NCBI GenBank assembly: GCA_041494705.1
Contig: JBGQBI010000001.1
Location: 360,001-392,000 of the forward strand
Length of the DNA: 32,000 bases
Reading direction: 5' to 3'
Source: Candidatus Methanoperedens sp.
GTDB taxonomy: Archaea > Halobacteriota > Methanosarcinia > Methanosarcinales > Methanoperedenaceae
Below, one piece after another: positions 1 to 7,199 of this stretch. A program made the translations under genes and the position numbers. The notes under the pieces were generated by a model. The model worked only from the letters and a program-made list of their open reading frames with translations, did not search any database and had not been told where the DNA came from. Numbering within the stretch: the stretch's first letter is position 1; each line of letters opens with the position of its first letter.

Positions 1-4
1 AACA

Positions 5-250
5 GTGATAGACATTGTATTTGTGGTTATTTCAATCATCACGATTTTATCATCAATAATGGTGGTCCAGGCAAAAAAATTAGTCCATAGCGCCGTATAT
101 CTTGCAGGCGCCCTTATCGGTACGGCCGGGCTTTTCATTCTGCTCAAGGCTGAGTTCATCGCATGGATACAGGTGCTCGTTTATGTGGGAGCAGTTGTAA
201 CGCTGATACTGTTCACGATAATGCTAACAAGGAAGGGAGAGGAAGAATAA
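5..250 (+). CDS. nuoJ: Complex-I-type (F420H2/NADH) dehydrogenase subunit J, N-terminal piece of a split NuoJ/FpoJ
   Basis: 81-aa hydrophobic ORF. The block AEFIAWIQVLVYVGAVVTLILFTIM matches the conserved NuoJ core. It has a GTG start next to the window edge and is followed directly by the C-terminal piece. Confidence 0.8.
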   Translation: MIDIVFVVISIITILSSIMVVQAKKLVHSAVYLAGALIGTAGLFILLKAEFIAWIQVLVYVGAVVTLILFTIMLTRKGEEE

Positions 251-502
251 ATGCTCAACAAACTCTTAAATTTACTGATTATATTGCTTTTATTTGCAGT
301 ATTGTTCCTGGCAATCGATGACAGTACAAGGGTGTGGGCAGGAAAAGAAGAGGTAACTCCCATCAGTATAGAGGAAATCGCAGGAGGGCCGGCTGCCAGA
401 GGCGGGATATTCAGTGATTATATTTTTTCTTTTGAACTGCTCTCACTGCTGCTGCTGGCTGCGTTAATCGGCGCCCTGTATATTGCAAAAAAGGAGGCGT
501 AG
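251..502 (+). CDS. nuoJ: Complex-I-type dehydrogenase subunit J, C-terminal piece (split NuoJ/FpoJ)
   Basis: The ATG immediately follows the TAA of the previous ORF. The C-terminal [22 protein letters not shown] resembles the last NuoJ helix (pFE..S.LLL.A.iGA). It lies in the J-K-L-M-N gene order. Confidence 0.75.
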   Translation: MLNKLLNLLIILLLFAVLFLAIDDSTRVWAGKEEVTPISIEEIAGGPAARGGIFSDYIFSFELLSLLLLAALIGALYIAKKEA

Positions 503-503
503 C

Positions 504-803
504 ATGTCCCTTTATACATATCTATTAATTTCTGCAATCATATTCGCAATCGGTTCATATGGAATAATTACACAGAGAAGTGGAATTAAAATCCTTATGT
601 GCATAGAACTCCTGCTCAATTCTGCAAATCTTAACCTTGTCGCATTTTCAAGTTTCAATGGTAACGCCACAGGCCAGGTTTTCGCCATATTTTCAATCGC
701 AATAGCAGCCGCGGAAGCGGCTATCGGATTTGCCATACTTGTAGCCCTTTTCAGGGTGCGGGATACGATAAATCTCGATGACATCAATATTCTGAGGTGG
801 TAA
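504..803 (+). CDS. nuoK: Complex-I-type dehydrogenase subunit K (NuoK/FpoK)
   Basis: About 100 aa with 3 TM helices. [17 protein letters not shown] and [17 protein letters not shown] are typical NuoK blocks. I chose the ATG at 504, preceded by AAGGAGG, over the track start at 483. Confidence 0.9.
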   Translation: MSLYTYLLISAIIFAIGSYGIITQRSGIKILMCIELLLNSANLNLVAFSSFNGNATGQVFAIFSIAIAAAEAAIGFAILVALFRVRDTINLDDINILRW

Positions 804-804
804 T

Positions 805-2793
805 ATGTTCAGTGATTACGCAGCATTAATTGTGTTACTGCCTGTAATTGCGTTTGTACTGACGCTTTTCCTGGGTAAGAAACTGTATTCAGGCGGAGCA
901 TTGCTACCAATTGCCGCCATTGCAGGCTCGTTTATCATCTCTTTGGGGACTTTCCTTGAGATTTACCCGACAAACGGGATAGTCCAGCAATCGTGGCCGT
1001 GGTTTGCAGGCATGAATATCGGCATACTCATCGACCCGCTTGCGGTCGTTATGCTGATGATGGTTTCATTCGTAAGCCTGCTCATCCATATCTACGCTGT
1101 GGGATACATGTCGCATGACCCTGCAAAACCGAGATATTTCGCAGAAACGTCGCTCTTTACAGCAGCAATGTTGAGCGTAGTCCTCTCTGATAATATTCTC
1201 CAGTTCTTCATATCATGGGAACTCGTGGGTCTTTGTTCGTTCCTGCTTATCGGGTTCTGGTACCATAAGCCGTCAGCAGCAGCGGCAGCAAAGAAAGCAT
1301 TCCTTGTGACAAGAGTGGGTGATGTGCTGTTCCTTGCAGGGATAGTCCTGCTCTATGTCAATATGAGCGAGATTATTGCAGGACGCGGTTTCAGCATAGC
1401 CCAGGGTAACTTTATGCTACAGTTCAAGACCATGTTCGAGGCAATACCACTCATCAATCCCACCCAACTGACCTATATCACTTTACTATTCTTCGGTGGC
1501 GCCATAGGCAAGAGCGGCCAGTTCCCGCTTCACGGGTGGCTGCCTGATGCCATGGAAGGCCCGACAACGGTTTCTGCTTTGATTCATGCCGCAACAATGG
1601 TTACCGCCGGCGTATATCTTGTCGCCCGGACGTTCCCCATGTTTGCGGCAACGCCCTCCACACTTTCACCAGGTGTACCGGATTCGCTACTCATCGTGGC
1701 TTATGTTGGAGGGTTCACCGCGCTATTCGCTGCTACAATGGGACTTGTAATGAACGATATTAAAAGGGTGCTTGCCTACTCGACCGTTAGCCAGCTCGGC
1801 TATATGATGCTCGCCCTGGGAACGGCGGGGGCGGTTGTAGGCTCCCAGGCTGTTGGAATATCCATGTTCCACCTGATAAGCCATGCCTTTTTCAAGGCGC
1901 TCCTCTTCCTCTGCGCCGGAAGCGTTATTCATGCAGTAGGCACAAACGACATTCGCGAGATGGGGGGTTTGTTTAGCAAGATGAAGATTACAGCCACAAC
2001 AATGCTGATAGCAGCGCTTGCGCTTGCCGGAATCGGTATCCCTTTCATCAATATCGGCACGGCAGGTTTCTTCAGCAAGGATATGATAATTGAAAAAGCA
2101 TTTGAATACGGGGAATTGAAAGGAGATTTCATTCCTTATGCTTTTGCAATCATAGCAGCCCTTCTTACATCCATTTATATTTTCAGGCTGTGGTTTATGA
2201 CTTTTACAGGAACGCCGCGCTCAGAGCGGCATTCGCATGAATCCCCGGGAGTGATGACGCGCCCTCTCATGATACTTGCAATATTTGCCCTTTTCTTCGG
2301 GTTTGCGCACCTTGGATTCTATGATTATCTTAACAAGAATTTCGAACTAATGACCGGGGAAACGGCAGTTCCCGAAGGCGAAGCTTTACCAATGTCACCA
2401 ATCATTGTGCTGCTTCCTGTAATTGTCGGGGTACTGGGTTTTCTGATATCGTATATGATATACCATAAACGGATGCTGGATATGAGTAAAATAGTATCAT
2501 CCGAAAATCCCCTGTATAAACTATTATTAAACAGGTATTACGAACCTAAAATCGGTGCAGATATAATAGGAGTGAAACTGACTCATGGTGTTGTTGCGCA
2601 ATCCGGCGAATTCGTGGACAGGAAAATCATCGACGGGCTTGTGATTGATAACATCATTGGCAATACGTTATTCAAACTGGGTGAATTTATCAGGAAACTG
2701 CAAACAGGCGTTGTCCAGAATTATGCGTCCGTTACATTGCTGGGGCTTGGTTTGCTGATACTTATACTTAAAATCAAATTCGGAGGGACATAA
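805..2793 (+). CDS. nuoL: Complex-I-type dehydrogenase subunit L (NuoL/FpoL), antiporter-like
   Basis: 662-aa polytopic membrane protein. It carries Mrp/NuoL signatures WELVGLCSFLLIGFW, GKSGQFPLHGWLPDAMEGPTTVSALIHAATMVTAGVYL and AYSTVSQLGYM, plus a long C-terminal extension. Confidence 0.95.
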   Translation: MFSDYAALIVLLPVIAFVLTLFLGKKLYSGGALLPIAAIAGSFIISLGTFLEIYPTNGIVQQSWPWFAGMNIGILIDPLAVVMLMMVSFVSLLIHIYAVGYMSHDPAKPRYFAETSLFTAAMLSVVLSDNILQFFISWELVGLCSFLLIGFWYHKPSAAAAAKKAFLVTRVGDVLFLAGIVLLYVNMSEIIAGRGFSIAQGNFMLQFKTMFEAIPLINPTQLTYITLLFFGGAIGKSGQFPLHGWLPDAMEGPTTVSALIHAATMVTAGVYLVARTFPMFAATPSTLSPGVPDSLLIVAYVGGFTALFAATMGLVMNDIKRVLAYSTVSQLGYMMLALGTAGAVVGSQAVGISMFHLISHAFFKALLFLCAGSVIHAVGTNDIREMGGLFSKMKITATTMLIAALALAGIGIPFINIGTAGFFSKDMIIEKAFEYGELKGDFIPYAFAIIAALLTSIYIFRLWFMTFTGTPRSERHSHESPGVMTRPLMILAIFALFFGFAHLGFYDYLNKNFELMTGETAVPEGEALPMSPIIVLLPVIVGVLGFLISYMIYHKRMLDMSKIVSSENPLYKLLLNRYYEPKIGADIIGVKLTHGVVAQSGEFVDRKIIDGLVIDNIIGNTLFKLGEFIRKLQTGVVQNYASVTLLGLGLLILILKIKFGGT

Positions 2794-4290
2794 ATGGCTG
2801 CTTTTATTTCATTGATGATTGCAATTCCCTTAATCGGAGCCATCATCACATTTTTGACAAGAACCCGTGAACAGGCGCGCCTGGTAGCGCTTCTGGCTTC
2901 AGGGATTTCACTTGTCATATCCCTGATAATATTTTCACGATTCGACAGTTCAATATCTACCATCCAGTTTGGCGAGTCATATCCATGGATTGCCAGTCTC
3001 GGAGTAAGCCTGAAATTCGGGCTTGACGGGATAGGCATGCCTCTTGTGCTCCTTTCGAACATAGTCATCCCTCTCACAGTTATATTCGCATGGGGTGAGA
3101 CTAAAGAAGCAAACCGGTTCTATGGTCTTATTCTTCTTGAGCTTGTAGGGGTACTTGGAGTTTTTACTTCCCTTGATTTCTTCGTGTTCTACATATTCTG
3201 GGAAATCGTCCTGATACCCATGTACTTCCTGATAAGCATTTGGGGAGGACCGCGAAAAGATTACGCTGCAATCAAATTCTTCATATACACGCATGTGGCA
3301 AGCCTTGTGATGCTGCTTGCGATATTTGCTCTCTATTTCAATGCATGGAATATCTCCGGAACCCCGAGCTTTGATATGTTTTACCTTTTGAAAAATTACT
3401 CCGTAATCCAATCACCGCTGCTTAAGGATGCAATATTCCTGGCGCTGTTGTTCGGTTTTATTGTTAAGATGCCAGCAGTGCCATTCCATACATGGCTTCC
3501 GGACGCACACGTGGAAGCGCCCACAGCTGGCAGCGTCATACTTGCAGCCTTACTGCTCAAGATGGGGGGCTATGGCCTTTTCAGGGTAATCCTTCCCCTT
3601 CTTCCGTATTCCGGTTCCCCTGCTAAATTAATAACATTGATGGCAATAATCGGCGTAGTGAGCATCCTGTACGGGACATTCCTCGCCCTTGCCCAGCGCG
3701 ACCTTAAGAAAATGGTGGCGTACTCAAGCATAAGCCACATGGGGTACGTCATGCTTGGCGCGGCAGCCCTCGTTCCGCTTTCGGTAAGCGGTGCGATGTA
3801 CCAGCAGTTCTCGCACGGGCTCATTACATGCGTGTTGTTCATGTCGTGCGGTGTAATCCAGCATTCCGCAGGCACCAGGATTATCGGCGACCTTGGCGGA
3901 ATTGCAAAATACATGCCAAAACTCACGTTCCTGATGCTTGCCGGCTTCCTTGCCTCGCTTGGGCTTCCGGGAATGAGCGGCTTCATAGCTGAATTCCTTG
4001 TACTTGCCAATTCGTATTTCACGCTGCCCACATTCGTGATACTCGCACTCTTTGGCATTGTGTTCACAGCGGGTTATCACCTCTGGGCTATGCAGCGAGC
4101 GGTATTCGGGACATACAATGAAAAACTGGGGCATATCCATGACGGCGCGAACTATGAGATGGCTTCCATGGGCATACTGATACTGCTCATAATATTCTTC
4201 GGTCTTAATCCAAACCCGGTTCTTAATATGATGACAACGAACGCCGAGCAACTATTGAAATTTGTCGCGCTAAGAGGAGTGATAACATGA
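2794..4290 (+). CDS. nuoM: Complex-I-type dehydrogenase subunit M (NuoM/FpoM)
   Basis: 498 aa. Motifs are FVFYIFWEIVLIPMYFLI, VKMPAVPFHTWLPDAHVEAPTAGSVILAALLLKMGGYG and AYSSISHMGYV. The start abuts the nuoL stop. Confidence 0.95.
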   Translation: MAAFISLMIAIPLIGAIITFLTRTREQARLVALLASGISLVISLIIFSRFDSSISTIQFGESYPWIASLGVSLKFGLDGIGMPLVLLSNIVIPLTVIFAWGETKEANRFYGLILLELVGVLGVFTSLDFFVFYIFWEIVLIPMYFLISIWGGPRKDYAAIKFFIYTHVASLVMLLAIFALYFNAWNISGTPSFDMFYLLKNYSVIQSPLLKDAIFLALLFGFIVKMPAVPFHTWLPDAHVEAPTAGSVILAALLLKMGGYGLFRVILPLLPYSGSPAKLITLMAIIGVVSILYGTFLALAQRDLKKMVAYSSISHMGYVMLGAAALVPLSVSGAMYQQFSHGLITCVLFMSCGVIQHSAGTRIIGDLGGIAKYMPKLTFLMLAGFLASLGLPGMSGFIAEFLVLANSYFTLPTFVILALFGIVFTAGYHLWAMQRAVFGTYNEKLGHIHDGANYEMASMGILILLIIFFGLNPNPVLNMMTTNAEQLLKFVALRGVIT

Positions 4291-5762
4291 ATTATAATTT
4301 ACTGGCTCCGGAAATCCTGCTGACATTACTGGCTTTACTGATTGTCATCTTGGGTCTTTTAATGAGAGACGTTTCCAAGAATATGCTTGGATATATTAGC
4401 GCTGCAGGTCTCCTGGCTTCTATCGTATATGTCCTTGGAAATGGAATGAACGAAGTAGCAAGTTTCTTCTACAATTCCCTGACCATCGACCCGCTATCAC
4501 AGATATTCAAATTGATATTCTTAATAGTTTCATTGATAGTAGTTATTGCCTCTATCGAATATTTCAGGGATAATCGCAGTCAAGATGAGTATTATGCCCT
4601 GCTTCTCCTCGCTACGGTCGGGATGATGGTAGTAGCATCGGCAAATGACCTGGTTGCATTGTTTGTCGGCTTTGAACTTGCCAGCATGTCCACGTACGTA
4701 TTAGCAGGTTTTGAGAAAAAGAACCCCCTGTCCCTTGAGGCTGCATTAAAATATTTCATCATAGGTTCGCTCTCCTCGGCATTGATGCTGTTTGGCATGT
4801 CGCTTGTGTACGGCATAACAGGTTCAACGAATATTCCTGCAATCATTGAGTTCTTTAAATCCAATCCTATGATAGCAACGAGTTCGCTTGATGTAGTCGC
4901 CATGATATTCCTTGTTGCCGGATTCGGATTCAAGATGGCGCTTGTCCCGTTCCACATGTGGGCGCCCGATACATACGAAGGTTCGCCGGGCGTTGTTTCA
5001 TCTCTTCTTGCAGCCGGCTCAAAAAAGATGGGATTCGTTGCCGCATTCAGGGTTCTCGTACTTGCCCTTGTTGCGATACGCATTGATATCCAGATGACGT
5101 TTGCAATTCTTGCAATAATCACCATGACCTACGGCAACATCGTTGCGATATCCCAGCACAGCATAAAAAGGATGCTGGCTTATTCATCCATAGCGCAGGC
5201 CGGGTACATTTCCCTGGCATTTGTGGTCACCACCCAGATGTCAATCGCAGGCGGCATACTACTGGCTCTTGGTCATGCACTGATGAAAGGCGGTGCGTTC
5301 CTTGCAGTTGCACTGGTAGGATATATGGTGCTGTCTGATAACCGGAATGCAAAAAACACTGACGACCTCGGGAACTTTGCAGGGCTTGGAAAACGTGCCC
5401 CGATAACAGCATTCTCGTTGCTTGTATTCTTTTTGGCCCTGGCAGGTATCCCGCCCTCAGCCGGATTCGTGGGGAAGTTTGTGCTTTTCTATTCAATCAC
5501 TATTGAAGCAATCAACCAGGCAAGCAGCTGGCTGCTAATCGTTGTGATTATCGCCATTTTAAACAGCGCCCTCTCCATTTATTACTATGCCCGTGTGATA
5601 AAATACATGTACGTCCTGCCTCCGAATGGAGAGAAAATAAAAGAGCCTGCGCCGTATGTTGTGGCTATCCTGCTTGCAGTGATAGGGACAATCGGCATAG
5701 GATTGTATCCTGAACCCTTTATCCAGATGGCAATGAATGCTGCAAAAGTATTAGGAGTGTGA
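4287..5762 (+). CDS. nuoN: Complex-I-type dehydrogenase subunit N (NuoN/FpoN)
   Basis: 491 aa. Motifs are FKMALVPFHMWAPDTYEGSPGVVSSLLA and AYSSIAQAGYI. The start overlaps the nuoM stop as ATGA. Confidence 0.95.
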   Translation: MNYNLLAPEILLTLLALLIVILGLLMRDVSKNMLGYISAAGLLASIVYVLGNGMNEVASFFYNSLTIDPLSQIFKLIFLIVSLIVVIASIEYFRDNRSQDEYYALLLLATVGMMVVASANDLVALFVGFELASMSTYVLAGFEKKNPLSLEAALKYFIIGSLSSALMLFGMSLVYGITGSTNIPAIIEFFKSNPMIATSSLDVVAMIFLVAGFGFKMALVPFHMWAPDTYEGSPGVVSSLLAAGSKKMGFVAAFRVLVLALVAIRIDIQMTFAILAIITMTYGNIVAISQHSIKRMLAYSSIAQAGYISLAFVVTTQMSIAGGILLALGHALMKGGAFLAVALVGYMVLSDNRNAKNTDDLGNFAGLGKRAPITAFSLLVFFLALAGIPPSAGFVGKFVLFYSITIEAINQASSWLLIVVIIAILNSALSIYYYARVIKYMYVLPPNGEKIKEPAPYVVAILLAVIGTIGIGLYPEPFIQMAMNAAKVLGV

Positions 5763-5767
5763 TTTTA

Positions 5768-6118
5768 ATGGCAGATTGCGACCTGTGCGGTGTGGCAAGA
5801 CCCACCCTTTGTCCTGTAAAAGTGAACGCCCCCTCCGTCTTGTCGGCATACCCGACAGGAACATGGAGGGGAATCAACGAAGAATGTCTTGCCAGTTGCC
5901 ATGAGGCAAATCTTAACAGGGTTCCGGCCAATGGTAAGAAATGCGACCTGTGCGGTATAAAAAACGTACCATTATTCCAGGTGAAAATCCAGGTACCGAT
6001 ATTCCAGGAACCATACCACAGGGAAACAAATAAAAATATATGTGATAGCTGCTTTCAAGCCTGCGAGGACACGATACGAAGACGGGAAGCTGAGAAGGAA
6101 GAGGCGCATCATCACTGA
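5768..6118 (+). CDS. Small Cys-rich protein in the position of FpoO (putative F420H2 dehydrogenase subunit O-like)
   Basis: The ORF directly follows subunit N. AGGAG lies upstream of the ATG at 5768; the track start at 5759 is a GTG overlapping the nuoN stop. It has an internal duplication (DCDLCGVARPTLCPVKV / KCDLCGIKNVPLFQVKI) plus CxxxC and CxxC pairs, which suggests a Zn or Fe-S site. The FpoO assignment rests on synteny, not on a recognised alignment. Confidence 0.5.
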   Translation: MADCDLCGVARPTLCPVKVNAPSVLSAYPTGTWRGINEECLASCHEANLNRVPANGKKCDLCGIKNVPLFQVKIQVPIFQEPYHRETNKNICDSCFQACEDTIRRREAEKEEAHHH

Positions 6119-6216
6119 GGCATCAATTTAAAGGCTTCAAACAAATTAGCTTGTAATAACTACCGCTTGAAAGATATCCGCTATCCGATATTCAGCTCTT
6201 TTATCGTCATCTATTT

Positions 6217-6234
6217 GTATATCAATGCATATAC
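6217..6234. promoter_or_regulatory. Inverted repeat GTATAT-N6-ATATAC just upstream of the RHH antitoxin start; candidate TA operator/promoter
   Basis: Perfect 6-bp arms at 6217-6222 and 6229-6234, ending 8 nt before the ATG at 6243 in an AT-rich TATA-like context. RHH antitoxins typically bind palindromes in their own promoter. Confidence 0.35.
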
Positions 6235-6242
6235 GATAATGT

Positions 6243-6557
6243 ATGACAAGTAATGTAGTACAGGTAAGAATGCCATCTGTAATACTAAAGAATGTCGAAG
6301 ACCTCGTTAAAAAAGGCTTTTACAAAAACAAGAGCGAAGTAATCATTGATGCCGTGCGTCATTTCGTGGGCATAAGGCAAACAGAGAGCGACGTAGCGCA
6401 GTACATAAGGGAAGAACTGCGGGGGAAGCATGTAAAGCGCGGTTACTCAGAAAAAGAACTCGATGCCTTATGGGAGAAAATCAGGCGCGGAAAAGAGTGG
6501 AAGGAGCGTTTCGGAATAAGCGCTGAAAGCGTCATGAAAGAACTCAGGGGAAGATAA
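6243..6557 (+). CDS. Ribbon-helix-helix (CopG/Arc/MetJ-like) antitoxin
   Basis: The N-terminus VQVRMPSVILKNVEDLVKKGFYKNKSEVIIDAVRHF follows the strand-helix-helix pattern. The stop overlaps the start of the downstream PIN gene by 1 nt. Confidence 0.7.
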   Translation: MTSNVVQVRMPSVILKNVEDLVKKGFYKNKSEVIIDAVRHFVGIRQTESDVAQYIREELRGKHVKRGYSEKELDALWEKIRRGKEWKERFGISAESVMKELRGR

Positions 6558-7036
6558 TGATTTTCATCGATACGGATATTTTTGTGATTGAGAAGCTTTT
6601 TAAAGACGATGATAGATACAGCATCGCAAAAGAGTTTTTAAATGGTGATTTAAAGGATAAATGCACCTCAATCTACAATTTGTTTGAGCTTCTCGGCATT
6701 GCTTCTTTTAATCTGAATACATCCGATTTGAAAAAATTGCTTAAAGGATTCCCTGAAGTATATGACATAAAAATACTATTTCCCTCCACAGCATACGAAT
6801 CCACGGATGCCTTTGTAGAGCAGTTATTCGATAAAACATTTTCAAAAATTAGCCTGAAAATGAATTTTATGGATGCTCTGATACTGAATGTGGCTGAGGA
6901 GCATAATTGTTCCAAATTTGTGACATATAATGTGAAACATTTTGAAGGGCGGACAGATATCCCTGTAATGACTCCTGACGGGATATTAACCAGGAAAAAG
7001 ACGGAAGCTGATAAACAGGAAACTCATCATCATTAA
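6557..7036 (+). CDS. vapC: PIN-domain (VapC-like) ribonuclease toxin
   Basis: IFIDTDIF supplies the first acidic residue, LFELLG the conserved E, and MDALILNVAEE...TYNVKHF the distal acidic residues. Size is 159 aa and it is coupled to an upstream RHH gene. Confidence 0.7.
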   Translation: MIFIDTDIFVIEKLFKDDDRYSIAKEFLNGDLKDKCTSIYNLFELLGIASFNLNTSDLKKLLKGFPEVYDIKILFPSTAYESTDAFVEQLFDKTFSKISLKMNFMDALILNVAEEHNCSKFVTYNVKHFEGRTDIPVMTPDGILTRKKTEADKQETHHH

Positions 7037-7126
7037 CTTTTGCAGGGAATGCCTGTTTGAATCAGGAACTGCTGCAACATTTCAACTACTTTTTTTATTA
7101 TCCGGGCTTCTTCAATATGCCACATC

Positions 7127-7154
7127 TTCACACCCTGATTTATATTTGTGTGAA
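7127..7154 (+). promoter_or_regulatory. Putative promoter of the HEAT-CheC gene: TTCACAC-N5-TTTATATTT-GTGTGAA
   Basis: The TATA box (7139-7147) is flanked by a TTCACAC box (7127-7133) and its inverted copy (7148-7154). It lies about 50 nt upstream of the ATG at 7200. Confidence 0.5.
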
Positions 7155-7199
7155 TGCAAGGCAAATGTATCTTTAGAGTATAGCATAAAATATCGAAGA

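Noticed and set aside
2721-5496. Multiple 60-177-aa ORFs antisense or out of frame within nuoL/M/N, such as 2977-3411, 3570-4067, 3724-4251 and 4592-5125.
   Set aside because: They lie entirely inside strongly supported membrane-subunit genes. Their translations have no recognisable features, which is typical of chance frames in biased-composition membrane-protein genes.
6100-7036. C-terminal His triplets on two nearby proteins (..EEAHHH and ..QETHHH), considered as a shared tag or a cloning artefact.
   Set aside because: The underlying nucleotides differ (cat cat cac tga versus cat cat cat taa) and there are no vector-like flanks. Three residues is too short to exclude coincidence, so I mention it only inside the related findings.
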